A DNA stretch of 64,000 bases from Octopus vulgaris (GCA_951406725.2 OX597834.1:42098001-42162000); one strand, 5' to 3'. Positions 40,208 to 53,722 are shown, counted from the first letter of the stretch. Notes: generated by a model not told the origin, from the letters alone. Translations and numbers: made by a program.

Positions 40208-40470
40208 GTATGTATGTATGTATGTATGTATGCATGTATGTATGTATGTATGTGTGTATGCGTGTATGTATGTATGCATGTATGTATGTATGTATGTATG
40301 TATGTATGTATGTATGTATGTATGTATGTATGTATGCATGTATGTATGTATGTATGTATGTATGTATGTATGTATGTATGTATGTATGTATGTATGTATG
40401 TATGTATGTATGTATGTATGTATGTATGCATGTATGCATGTATGTATATGCATGTATGTATGTATGTATG
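40062..40470. repeat. (TATG)n microsatellite
   Basis: Seen directly. Confidence 0.98.
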
Positions 40471-40794
40471 TCTTGATGTTGCAACATGATAAAATGTACT
40501 TTGATGGAAGATACATATCCAGACTGTGTGGATGGGTTTCTGTCTTTCCGAAGGTGGGTGTATGAATATATATATCAATGTATTGCGTGTGTATGTGTGT
40601 GTGTGGATGCATTGTTCGTGTGATGCATCGAACAGGGCGTGTGAGGATGTGTATGTGCGTGTTTGTGTGTGTGTGTGTGTGTGTGTGTGAATTATTTATC
40701 ATCTTCATGCCACACTGGACAATTAGCAAACACCTTTCACTAAGCACTTCCTTCCCCACTACCATTGCACTTCACAACGCATCATCACTGTCTC

Positions 40795-41150
40795 CGCCGC
40801 CGTCACCACCACCACCACCACCACCACCACCACCACCACCACCACCACCACTACTACCACCACCACCACCAAAACAACCGCCACCAAAACAACACCACCA
40901 CCACCACCACCACCACTACCACCACCACACCACCACCACCACCACCACACCACCACTACCACCACCACTACCACCACCACCATTACAATCACCGCCAACA
41001 CCACCAACAGCTCAACCATCAGTAACAGCATCACTACCACCACCGCATCCTACAGCTTCCCGATCACCACCCCCCACCCCACCCGCCGCCGCCGCCGCAG
41101 CAGCAGCCACCCTCCTTCCCGCGAGACCACCTCCACCGCCACCCCACACC
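40795..41150. repeat. (CCA)n microsatellite and C-rich low-complexity tract
   Basis: Seen directly. Confidence 0.93.
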
Positions 41151-41493
41151 GTACGGCGGTCGTTATGTTTGTGTCTGTGTCGGATTGTGGTCGTGTACAG
41201 ACACGTCGACGGCGTCGATATTGTGTCTCTGTACATTCGTGTATCATTAGCTGTGAGTTCGATCTTGTATTATGCATCAGTGAGCTATCGCCTATACACA
41301 CACGCTCATATACACATACACTCATGTACATATGCAGATACATCCATACATATGTATACACGTACATACTATTTCTTTACTACCCACAAGGGGCTAAACA
41401 CAGAGGGGACAAACGGATTAAGTCAATTATATCGACCCCAGTGCGTAAGACCCTACACGCAATCTTTTTCTCTCCTTGTTTCTTTTCTGTGTA

Positions 41494-41531
41494 TCTTTCT
41501 GTCGAAGAGCGTAGGCTCGAAACGTAAAAGA
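41494..41531 (+). ncRNA. Variant minimal hammerhead-like motif in a probable Penelope-type pseudo-LTR fragment
   Basis: TCTTT-CTGTCGAA-GAGC-GTAG-GCTC-GAAA-CG-TA-AAAGA. Stems I and II are perfect, but the core is 8 nt and non-canonical. Confidence 0.45.
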
Positions 41532-41611
41532 CTTGTTTTATTTCTATTCCTGAGCGCCTTACTAATACTCCACCTGCCTTCGTCTTTTGTTTATTTTCGT
41601 AAACCTTCCCG

Positions 41612-41642
<31 letters not shown>

Positions 41643-41660
41643 CATACATACGTACATACG

Positions 41661-41696
<36 letters not shown>

Positions 41697-41858
41697 TATT
41701 TCTTTACTACCCACAAGGGGCTAAACATAGAGGGGACAAACAAGGACAGACAAAGGGATTAAGTCGACGACATCGACCCCAGTGCGAAACTGGTACTTTA
41801 TTTATCGATCCCGAAAGGATCGATAAATCATTAACGCGCTGTTACAGTACATGTCCCC

Positions 41859-41931
<73 letters not shown>

Positions 41932-42365
41932 CACCACCACCACCACCACCACCACCGCATGATAATTTCTAATCGTTTCCACATTTTCCATGAACCATGC
42001 CTCCCCAGATGTATGCAACTGTGCCTGAAGTGCACAACCGTAAAGGAAGAAAAGGACAACTGAATCGGAGATGTTATAGGAGATGTAAAACTGAACCAAA
42101 TGTCTGAATATGAACTTCAAACAAAGACAAAAAAACATTGGATACGACCAGACAAAACAGATCGGTCGAGATGTTTCAGACATAAGGATCATCGGACAAC
42201 AGGCGACTCCGGGATACAGACAGAAGAGAATGAATTAGCTTTCTCGCCGCTGAGGTGTATCATTATAAGTACGCCTGAACTAAATCGTTCAGACAAGTGC
42301 AGAAGCCGTTATAACCACTAATGAGCAGCTATCATAACAGCTGTTATAGAGTTGTGTTATAGCCA

Positions 42366-42742
42366 TCTCTCTCTATATAAACGGCAGTTTGTCTGTGCGT
42401 GTTTCTGTGTGTCTGTTTGCTTGTACCTTCACCCTGACCACGGCTTTCAACCGATTCTGATGAAACTTGACACACACATAGCCCAATGTCATAATTCAAA
42501 ACTAAAGCAGTAAAAATTTTGAAAAGTTCCCCCAGTTCTGAAAAAAATCGATAAATTCGACATGGGGTCCAGAATCAGAAACACAAACTGTCTAGGGGAC
42601 GCAACTCCACCTTTTTTAACTAAAAAAAAAAAATTACCATCATTTTTTTCCATTTTTTTGCTATTTTTTGGCTATAACTCTCTAAAAATGCTTTATAGTT
42701 ATTTCCCTTACAAACCTGAGCAACGCCGGGCGATACTGCTAG
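42366..42742 (+). mobile_element. Non-autonomous Helitron
   Basis: Starts TC, ends CTAG, sits between A and T without a TSD, and has a GC-rich subterminal motif. Confidence 0.75.
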
Positions 42743-42924
42743 TCACTTATACAAGTTATTTCATAGCAACCACGTCTTAGTCGTGTCATTACGACTACAA
42801 CTTTTCTTTTCATCGTTTTTTTTTTTTGCCTTTACTTGCTTCAGTCGTTAGACTGCGGCCATGCTGGGGCATCGCCCTTGAAGGATTTTTACTCGAATGA
42901 ATCGACTCTGGTACTTATATTTCT

Positions 42925-43226
42925 TATTTCTTTCTTGCCCACAAGGGGGTTAAACGCAGAGGGGACAAACAAGGACAGACAAATGCATTAAGTCGATTAT
43001 ATCGATCCCAGTGCGTAACTGGTACTTATTTAATCGACCCCGAAAGGATGAAAGGCACAATAGACATCGGCGGAATTTGAACCGAGGTCGACTTTGCCTT
43101 TCATCCTTTCGGGGTTGATTAAATAAATACCAGTTACGCACTGGGATCGATATAATCGACTTAATCCATTTGTCTGTCCTTGTTTGTCCCCTCTATGTTT
43201 AACCCCTTGTGGTCAATAAAGAAATA
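42925..43226. mobile_element. Head-to-head inverted pair of SINE B 3-prime halves forming a hairpin with about 145-bp arms
   Basis: 42925-43070 versus 43082-43226, spacer about 11 nt. Confidence 0.92.
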
Positions 43227-44769
43227 TCTACTAGTGATACTCATTTTTGCCAGCTGAATGGACTGGAGCAACGTGAAATGAAGTGTTTTGTTCACGAACA
43301 TAGTGCTTAGCTCCGTCCAGAGATCGAAACCACAATCTTACGGTCGTGAATGCAACAGCCTAACCATTAAGCCACGCGCCTCTGTTATTATAGACTTTCC
43401 TAAATAAATATCCATACTCGGGCATTTGAACAGCGCTATACTGTAACAATCGGTCTTCACACTGTATGTCTGGCTGGACGGATTGGTCTGGCTAGGCTGA
43501 CCGTGGGTGTAGTATATTTATTGTGAAAAAAAACTAATAATAAATAAATAAAAATTAAAAAAAAAGGCAATTTTCACAATTTTATGTCCTTCAAACCGGA
43601 AATCTGGCCCAGGTGCTTTGGACAGAGTAGATTCCTTTAGAAGTACCTAAGAACTAGGAGGACTTTTGATTCCGAGTGATGGACTAAGTCCACCTCTCCT
43701 CCGCGCATATAGGCCCAGGGTGGAGTTCGAATTCAGAAGGCAAAGAGCTGGAAGCGATACTGCAACTGCAGGACATTCCGTTCAACGTCTAACGATTCAA
43801 CCAATGTACTAATCTAGACTAGTACTTTTTTTACCGACCCTGAAAGGATGGAAGGCAAACTTTACCTTGGCAGGATTTGAGCGCAGAACACAGGGAGTTG
43901 GAACAAACACAGCAAGGTATTTCGTCTAACGACTCTGCCAAATCGCTTGAACTGCAATCATGAGTTCAAGATACGATAATGTTTGATTTAAAGCATGGTG
44001 GTCATAATTTTTAGTCATAAGCTTGTTTAATCATTGCTTGCCTGTGGCTAAGCAACAACAACAATAGTCGGCACTGTTCTGTCGAGGCTGTGTCTTTGTA
44101 CGCGCGCAACATCTTTTACAACTGACGTACACAAGATTTTCAAATGAAATCCAGAACCTAAATTAAGTACATGACTCTTTGGTTTGGCCGTTTTGTTTGA
44201 TCTGCACCGTTTTCATCGCTACAAGTTAAAGTATATTATTTGGCATTCTTGTATCTTAAGGACGAGGAACACACACGCACACACACGCACACACACGCAC
44301 ATCTTCTCGTGCAAAAAACACTCATAGTATGTAATACATTCACTAATTTTGATAATCACATCTAAGATGGCGAACTGGCAGGATCGTTAGCACAATGAGC
44401 AAAAATGTTTAGCGGCATTTCGTCCGTCTCTACGTTCTGAGTTAAAATTCCGCCGTGGTCGACTTTTTCTTTCGTACTTTCGGTGTCGATCGAATAAGTA
44501 TCAGTTGGGCACTGGGGTCAATATAATCGACTTACTCTTACATTGAAATTGCTGGCCTTGTGCCAAAATTTGAAGCCGGTATTAATATCCACATAGGCTT
44601 TAGAATGAAACTCCTTCAACAACACACGTGTTCTCTTCCTGGTGGATTTTCAACTCAAAATCACAAAGGAGGGCGATAAGTGCCAATTTCTACAGGAAGG
44701 TCGCTTGCAGAGATATGCCTGAACACTATTAATTCATGTTCTTCAATGTTTGTTAATTAATAGTCACGA

Positions 44770-44828
<59 letters not shown>

Positions 44829-44865
44829 CATACATACATATATACATACATACATATATACATAC

Positions 44866-44953
<88 letters not shown>

Positions 44954-45070
44954 TATATATATATGGGATGAATAGATCTTTATATTAATGATGCATGCAG
45001 CAAGACAGGGAATCGGACACCAGTACCAAATAGTTCCAAATGTTGTTAAAAGTTAACAGCATCAAATCCC

Positions 45071-45230
45071 AGAAATGGACCACCGTTTCGAATCTTTCCT
45101 CATCAGATTCCTCCTCTCCCAGTTGACCCAGCCGGGGTTGATGAAGTCCTAGCTTGTGACCTAGCAAACCACTGGTCAGCTCTCTTATCCAAAGCCACCG
45201 AGTGGTCTTGCTCTGCAGCTTCAGCGATGG
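45071..45230 (-). mobile_element. Probable HERO (R2-like) LINE 3-prime end
   Basis: TRWLWIR ORF end followed by ATCAACCCCGGCTGGGTC...TCTGATG...CGAAAC, as recalled for HERO 3-prime UTRs. Confidence 0.5.
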
Positions 45231-45502
45231 AATTTATAGCCCGCCTCATTACAATTTGAAAAAAACTTGCAGTGATGGAAAGAAATTCAAGAGGGAACCC
45301 CTGTGTGCGAGCGTTATAACGTATGCAGAAGACATTCCCATCTGTTAGTACAAATCACTTATGGACAATACATATGAAATAAGTGACAAATGAAATAGCG
45401 AATCGATGAATAATAGATGATTAGAGGAATAATTAACGCGTTATTCATCAACATGGTGGGTTTATACAACTGCACAGCATGCATGCGGTTTCACGCACCA
45501 AC

Positions 45503-45652
<150 letters not shown>

Positions 45653-45979
45653 CATCACCCATTAAGGTGCATTCACTCGAGGCGCGCGCGCACACACACA
45701 CACACACACAAAATAACAAAAATACTAAAAACACTAAAAATACAAAAATACAAAAACACTAAAAATAACAAAATAACACACACACATATACATGAATATT
45801 TGTATGCATATATGTGTGTGTGTTTTGAGTTCTATTTTCATGTTTGCATCACCAACCTATATGTATACATACATACATTCATACATACATACATACATAC
45901 ATGCATACATACAGACTGACAGACAGAAAAACACATACATACATACATATATTTTATATTTCATCATTGCTACCACCAG

Positions 45980-46017
<38 letters not shown>

Positions 46018-46334
46018 GACTCTGGGTTGCCTTCCCAAGGAGCTGTGATCGAAACATTGCCATCTAATCATCCCCCATCGAGCCTTGAATCATCTTCAAT
46101 TATATTTATAAGCAACAAACATGGATCTCGTGCCAATAGAACCTGGATACATTCAAATACTCGCGTGAATGACAGGTTTTTTTTCTTTATGTTCAAAGAA
46201 CGTATTACAGACAATTAAATTCAAATCCTATTCGTAAAACTAGAAAAAAAAAAAAATGCTCAACTTGAGTTTGACTTAGTTTCATTTCATGATGTGCTGA
46301 ACAATTTCATTTCTATACAGCTTTGTTGTACAGA

Positions 46335-46920
46335 AAATATTGAGCAGAGTTCTTCTTGACCGGCTTCGCCAACATGCTGTGATATCCTTCTGTCTCTGGC
46401 CTTTTGTGAAGTTTTCCCACTGCGCGTGGAACCGGTTTCATTGTTCTTTCAGCTCGTTAGTTGCATGGAAATCCATCGAACGGTGATACAAATCTAACCT
46501 TGTTTCGTTGATCTCACGAAGGTTTTCGATTCAATGAACCATGGTATGCTATGAATTTGCTTGGCTCTCCGTCGGTCACGGCGATGAGGGTGCTAGCGCT
46601 GATCCGATTAACAGAACAATCTGCTCGTGAAATTATCGTGCAAGCGGCTGAGTACTCCACAGACACGTGTGCCCTAAACGTAGTTTCTCAGGGAGATTCA
46701 GCGTGATATAGAATGTGACAAGGCTGACCCTTTGAAATACAAATTCGACTCATTTTTGACAGCTGAGTGGACTGGGAGCAACATGAAATAAAATGTCTTG
46801 CTGAAGGACGCAACTCATCGCTAGAAATCGAACTCACAACTTTACAATTATGAACCGAATGCCCTAACCACTAAGCCACGCGCTATGAATGTCTCAGAAA
46901 ATTTGGCTCTCCTCATAAAC
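46335..46920 (+). mobile_element. RTE RT fragment interrupted by a minus-strand SINE family D (about 46560-46882)
   Basis: LSRVLLDRLRQH and FVDLTKVFDSMNH motifs; GCTATGAAT is duplicated on both sides of the SINE. Confidence 0.75.
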
Positions 46921-47824
46921 GTATAATTTTAATTTCATTTGTTTTCATTTAAAAAGAAATTATAATAGCCTAAAAATTTTAAGAGTATACACAGAAACAC
47001 ACACGTACGCTAACAAGGAAAAACAGTTTGTTTGTGGCTGAGATGATTTTGATTAGAAGTCTATTCAATCCGGACGTGTTGGAGACAAAACGGCACTAAT
47101 AAGGCAAAAAAAAAAATTTTTTTTAATCTTCTTGAGAAACCAAATAGTCTTTCCTTCCTTCTTGCCAAGTTTGAAGAAAATATCTCTTTTGCATCTTACT
47201 TTTTTGGTCTCTTAAATATACTGCATTCTGTGGCATTATTTCAAGCCAGTCGGCTTTTTTTTTTGCGCAAACTGCACGTGCATTTTTTTCGATCACAACA
47301 GCTGATGTACATGAATGTACAAATGCACGTTCCCACGGCTTTATCGATCGCATTCTCATTTGGAATCGATTTTTGTAATTTTTTCAAGACTTATACACGC
47401 CCTGATACCGTCGGTATCTACATATCTAATTTGAGCGCAATCGGATGGAGGATGCCCGAGATCCTAGAAGACACACACACACAGACAGACAGAACGGATT
47501 TTATATAAAAGATATACATACATATGCGTATGTACGTTCGCATGCATGCGTGCATGTATGTGCACGTAAATATGCATGAATGTATGTTGTACATGTGTCT
47601 GAATTCCAGTTTTATTTCAAAAGATTCTCACCAATAAAGAACCGGTTTCCAAACCCGATAAAATGCTCTTTCTTTGGAATTTGCAAAACATTAACTATTT
47701 ACTCCTACTTTGTATATATGTATATCTGCAAATGAATGTATGTTCGCATGCGTGCATGTCATTGCCTGTCGAAGCCTGTATATTTTGATTGAAGCATTCG
47801 TACACATACACGTGGATATGTCTG

Positions 47825-48195
47825 TGGAGGCGCAATGGCCCAGTGGTTAGGGCAGCGGACTTGCGGTTTCGATTCCCAGACCGGGCGTTGTGAGTGTTTA
47901 TTGAGCGAAAACACCTAAAAGCTCCACGAGGCTCCGGCAGGGGATGGTGCTGATCCCTGCTGTACTCTTTCACCACAACTTTCTCTCACTCTCTCTTCCT
48001 GTTTCTGTTGTACCTGTATTTCAAAGGGCCGGCCTTGTCACTCTTTGTGTCACGCTGAATATCCCCGAGAACTACGTTAAGGGTACACGTGTCTGTGGAG
48101 TGCTCAGCCACTTACACGTTAATTTCACGAGCAGGCTGTTCCGTTGATTCGGATCAACCGGAACCCTCATCGTCGTTACCGACGGAGTGCTTCTT
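47825..48195 (+). mobile_element. SINE family C (tail type 1), near full length
   Basis: Matches 5317-5667. Confidence 0.9.
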
Positions 48196-48349
48196 CTTAG
48201 GATATGTCTCTACGCGTACATATGAAACTATTTCAGGCTGAACGCCTGGAATGTTTTACATTATTTCACAGATCCATTAATGACTCGTAGATCTAATTTC
48301 CTAATTAGCTGTATGCTTCCTAGTTTAGAGGAGCTCTGGGTGTGTACGT

Positions 48350-48677
48350 AGGCGTGGCTGTGTGGTTAAGAAACTCGATTTTGAAGCATGTGGTTTCGGG
48401 TTCAGTTCCACTGCGCGGTACCTTAGTCAAGTTTCTTCTGATATAGATGCGGCCCCTTCAAAAGGCTTGTGAATGAATTTGGCTGTGGAAAACTGTGTGG
48501 AAGCCCGTCGTACATACATACATACATACATTTATACATAGATACATACATACAGACAGACATAACTGCAACATACATACATACAGACATACATATATAC
48601 ATACATACATGCATACATATATACATACATATATACATGCATACATACATACATACGTACATACATACATACATACA

Positions 48678-48711
<34 letters not shown>

Positions 48712-48725
48712 CATACATACATACA

Positions 48726-48756
<31 letters not shown>

Positions 48757-49030
48757 GAGTGTGTGTGTGTGCGTATGAATATATATGTGTGTTTATGTGT
48801 GTCTTCGATTTTGTTCCCGCCTTCGTCACCGCTTGACAACCGGTGTTGATTTATTTATGTCCCTGTTACTGGAAGTTCAACATAAATGATCAACAGAATA
48901 AGTAATAAACTTTAAAAAAAATATATAAAAATGGTTCTGGGATCAATTTGCTCGACTAAAGCTAAGACCTTTAACAAATCGGGGTCCCCAGCGCATCCCC
49001 AGTCATATAACCGAAACAAGAATATAAAAG
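48350..49030 (+). mobile_element. Older SINE family A copy with an expanded internal (TACA)n
   Basis: Diverged head and tail around a roughly 250-bp microsatellite. Confidence 0.75.
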
Positions 49031-49092
49031 ACACATGCGTGTGTATGTGTGCCTGTGTTTGTGTGTGTCTGTGTTTATGTGTGTGTATAAAA

Positions 49093-49319
49093 TAAGTGAA
49101 AAAAATATTTAGTAAAGACACAAACGAATAGCATATATTGAGGGCGCAAACAGACGGAAGGCAGACACATAAGGTCCCTAATCCATCATGGTGCGAAACT
49201 GAGTAATGCCATCTGGTTGATAACTGATGATGAATTAGGGACCTTCTGCTTGTGCCCTAGATATAAGTTTTACGCTGTTTACTTTACGTTTGTGTATTTA
49301 CTATATATCTTTTCACTTA
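49093..49319. repeat. Imperfect foldback, about 230 bp
   Basis: Inner AAGGTCCCTAATCCATCAT / ATGATGAATTAGGGACCTT; outer TAAGTGAAAA...CACAAACG pairs with its reverse complement. Confidence 0.85.
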
Positions 49320-49630
49320 AGGAACAGAACGCAACCCACACCGGCTTTTATTAACGGTAAGTTCTATGCGGGGGTGGCCCTCAAAAGTAGGTTTACAATT
49401 ATCACGTAGGCACTTTAAATTTCTTTTAAAACATCTTATTACATTTAAATTCCTATCTTACAAACTGAAAAAGGAGCTTGACAATAAATGTTTCTATTTT
49501 TCATTCCCTTAGAGTTTTTATCCCTTATAGTGGTTTGGACTTTAGCTGTTCCTTCTAGCGTGAAAGGCATCCTATGAAAGATACCTCTTATGTGTTTAAA
49601 TGTACACTGTATTTATATATATATATATAC

Positions 49631-49773
49631 ATACATATTAGAGGGAAACCACTATGTGGACACCTTTATGCTAGAAATAGATCCGCTATGGTCTTACCAC
49701 TAAGAAATGTTCTCATAGCGAATCTATTTCTAGCATAAGGGTGTCCACATAGTGGTTTCCCGCTAATATGTAT
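49631..49773. repeat. Inverted repeat, 60-bp arms (57/60), 23-nt loop
   Basis: 49631-49690 versus 49714-49773. Confidence 0.95.
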
Positions 49774-49910
49774 ATAATACAATTTTACTGAACCTTCATT
49801 TTTTTTTATATGATAGACCACTGGTGTGAAATCGATGTTAATTAAATTAATATCTAATTTCTCACCCTACATACATACATACAGGGTGGCCCAAAATTTA
49901 TATATATGTA

Positions 49911-50148
49911 CAGGGTGGCCCAAAAGTAGGTTTAAAGTTATCAAATTTCTTTTAGAACATTTTAGTAAATTTAAATTTCTATCTTACAAGCTGAAAAGGG
50001 AACTTGACGAAATTAACCAAATTATCATAGAATAAACGGTTTCGGTTTCATGTTATTTTTTTATATATATATATAAGATCTAAACTGTTGATACATGAAT
50101 GTGAAAGTGATAGTTGAATAACTGTAAACCTACTTTTGGGCCGCCCTG
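49911..50148. mobile_element. Tc1/mariner MITE
   Basis: TIRs CAGGGTGGCCCAAAAGTAGGTTTA / TAAACCTACTTTTGGGCCGCCCTG with TA flanks. Extra TIR stub at 49882 and a partial copy at about 49370-49490. Confidence 0.88.
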
Positions 50149-51166
50149 TATGTGTGTCTGAGTGTATGTGTTCAAGGGGCGACAGATGTCAGCTTCCCTT
50201 TAAAACTTACCCACAAACTTTGCAAAAATCTCGTAGGCTTTCGACTTCTTTTCATCCGTCTTTATTTTCAATGACATTTGACTCCTATTGTTTTGTCGTT
50301 TACCCGTCATCTTAAGCAGTTTTTTTTTTTGTCTTTTTCGCGAATCGTTTAACGTAGAAACAATCCCTGCCGAGTGCAATTAATTGTCTGTCAACACGTA
50401 CATCTCCCGACAAGACTTCCAGATGTGTAAATAAATCCTGGACTGACTCCGCGCTTCTAATCGAACCACCTCACCGATTTGTATCGAAAGTGGTTCGCGC
50501 ATATACATACATGGATACCATATACGCACACACAGGTATGCATACACGCATACATATTTAAAAGTATCTCTACAAACACACGCACCTGCGTATACACGCT
50601 TGCACATAATATGTATACACCTGTGAGAGTTTGTATGTGTGTGTGTATGTATGTATGTGTACTTGTGAACTGTGTTTATAGATACGGCATCACTATTTTA
50701 CTTATAAACAAAGCCCAGCCTCGCCCTCATACATACATACATAAATACATATTTATACACGTATATATATACACATATATACGTACATGTGGCCACGCAA
50801 TGCCAGCAACAAAGATGCGGCCAGAAACGTGTAACTATGCATAAACGCATACATATCGTAAGTACACACACACACACACACATACACACATGCACGCATA
50901 CACACACACACACATTGGCTGACTCACACTCACACACACAGTCTTGTCGCTAACGTTGGTATAGGATAAGAGAAATCAATCGATATGTGTATATGTTCTG
51001 TGTGGGGGTGGGGGTGGGGGTGTTAGTAGGTACTCGCGCGCACACGCACAGTCTTACAAACACATACGACTACATATGTACACACACGCACACTGATGTA
51101 CTCACAGGTGCACACACGTATATACGTATGTATTTATATATATATATACATACGTATATATACATG

Positions 51167-51202
<36 letters not shown>

Positions 51203-51229
51203 CATATATATACATATATATACATATAT

Positions 51230-51270
<41 letters not shown>

Positions 51271-51388
51271 CACATACATACATATATATATATATATACA
51301 CATCTATGTATATATATATATATATATATATGCATATATATATACATGCATATATATATACATATATATATATGTATACATCTATGTA

Positions 51389-51424
<36 letters not shown>

Positions 51425-51572
51425 CATACATACATATATATATATCCATCTATATATATATGCATAAATATATACATATACATATATATATAAGTGTATA
51501 CATATATACATACATAAATACATACATACATACATACATACATACATACATACATACACATATATTATATAA

Positions 51573-51587
51573 AACAACGGGATGAGC

Positions 51588-51629
<42 letters not shown>

Positions 51630-51644
51630 GCTCATCCCGTTGTT
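51573..51644. repeat. Perfect 72-bp palindrome centred on (TA)12
   Basis: AACAACGGGATGAGCGTGTGTGTC-(TA)12-exact reverse complement. Confidence 0.97.
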
Positions 51645-51717
51645 GTGTCTGAAGTGCATTGAATTCCAGCCAACATAGAATTGGCACATCTCAACTTATA
51701 TTTACACATGCATACAT

Positions 51718-51756
<39 letters not shown>

Positions 51757-52050
51757 AGTGATTGCGCTCACACACACACATACCCCCCACACGCACCCAT
51801 ATTTACATACATTTCCTTATCGACCAGGCTATCTGTTGTCCCTATAAAATGCGCATATATATTATTCTTCCCTTGAATGCGTCCGTCTCTTCCATTTGGG
51901 TCCCGATTCTTTCTCCGTGTCTTTATTGTATTAATGAATGAATATATAAATGTATACAAACACACACACACGTATGTACGTATGTATGTATGTATCTGTC
52001 TCTCTGTCTCTCTGTATGTCTGTCCGTCCGTATATCTGTCTGTCTGTCTA

Positions 52051-52528
52051 CCGTAAATCCTCGAGTATAGTCCGTCCTCGAGTATAATACGCAGAAGATT
52101 TTTAGTGGGCTGTACCTCTGAAAAACCTAAACCTTGTGTATAACGCGCACCCCTTCTCTAACTTGAGTCAAGGAGGTCTATATAACGTCCTTTGTTTGTA
52201 AAACTGTATACGGTAACATCCTTTATTATAATTGTATATATAACATAATGCAAACGTGTAACTTTTTTGTGCATTTTGTTTGCAGAAAATAAAGAAATAA
52301 CAGTAATAACGTTTAATAATGTTGCTTACTGCAAGTTATGGATGATTTAAGGTATTTTCACGCCTGAAATCACAAAACGCATCCGAATAAACATTGCCAG
52401 AAAGCAAATAGAGACTCGGACATTGCTTAGAAAATAATTTTCAGTTTTAACCTCGTATATAGTACGCACTAGGGATTTTGACCTTTAAATTTGGGAAAAA
52501 AATGCTGATTATACTCGAGGATTTACGG
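52051..52528. mobile_element. pogo/Tc2-type MITE
   Basis: Perfect 19-bp TIR CCGTAAATCCTCGAGTATA with TA on both flanks. Confidence 0.9.
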
Positions 52529-52620
52529 TAACTGTCTGCCTGCCTGCCTATATGTCTGATGGCCTGCCTACCTATCTGTTTGTTTATCTCTCTATCTTTG
52601 TCTCTGTCTTGCTCTCTCTG

Positions 52621-52685
<65 letters not shown>

Positions 52686-53722
52686 GTCTGTCTGTCTGTC
52701 TGTCTATTTACATACACACATATTCATGCACGCACACCACAAACATACACACACGCGCGCACACCACCCGCACGCATACACATATACATAGATATTTACA
52801 ACCCGGTATGTTGATGTGGTTAACAGGTTTTCCGTAGCAGCTACCTGACTTCTGGTATAGTCCCACCCTCCATTGTTTTGCGAGTAATTCTGATAGACGG
52901 AAACTGTGCAGAAGCCTGATAGATAAGAAAATGTATGTAAATATGTGCGTGTGTATGTCTATTCATACGTGAGTGTGTACGTCTATGTATTTGTATGTAT
53001 GTGCACGTTTGTTTATGTCTCCATCTGTTGACATCTCTAGAAAATTTGTAGTCAGTACTTATGTCCTGCACCTTCCGGTTCGACAAATATACATTTATGA
53101 TATAAATAGCGAACTTATAAGTAAGTGTTCTGTATTCCTCAGTATGTTGTTGTTTAGTGACTGCAGTGTGTGTTGTATGTTTCCAAAGTTCGTTTTCCAT
53201 TTTGTTGAGCAGCTATCATTTATCATAGGTTCTGGAAATTTTCCCTATGTATCACAGAAAAATGCAATTTAATCACACAAGACACACACACACGAACTCA
53301 TTAAATAAGAAGAATGAGCATATATCATGCAGCAGACACCAAAATAAGTTCATCTTTAAAAATGGCTCGAACTTCAAGTAGAATAAGACAACCACGAATT
53401 TCTCACACATTAAAAGAAAAAAAAATCCACCTCCGAATATCGAACCACAAATATCCGGCCCAATTAAACACACGGTACACAGTATTTATGCATGCGCAAA
53501 TACAAAGTAAGAAAAAGCATCTGCTAAAATACACAGAATTAGAAAGGTAATGAACCATAACAAAGTCTTATCAGAGCTCACACACTCACATACATACAGA
53601 AAGACACATGCACACCCCCATCAATGAACCAAGCCAAGGACCTTGTTCAAATAACACAAGCTGTCTAATGAATTAAACAAGCAAAAGTCCTTAATTAGTT
53701 TAGTTGAAACTATCAACTAGCA

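Noticed and set aside
40046-40765. Long ORFs of HTYI, MYVC, YI or CV repeats, here and throughout the ORF track
   Set aside because: Translations of TATG, TA, CA and TAGA microsatellites, with no splice or domain support.
40578-41762. 394-aa proline/histidine-rich ORF
   Set aside because: Read-through of GT and CCA microsatellites and SINE B fragments.
42754-42770. Alternative X-box (GTTGCTATGAAAT on minus)
   Set aside because: Only one good half-site, wedged between a Helitron and SINEs.
49185-49240. Type II hammerhead (GAAA...CTGATGA)
   Set aside because: Bases flanking the core cannot form stem II, and no stem I or III is evident.
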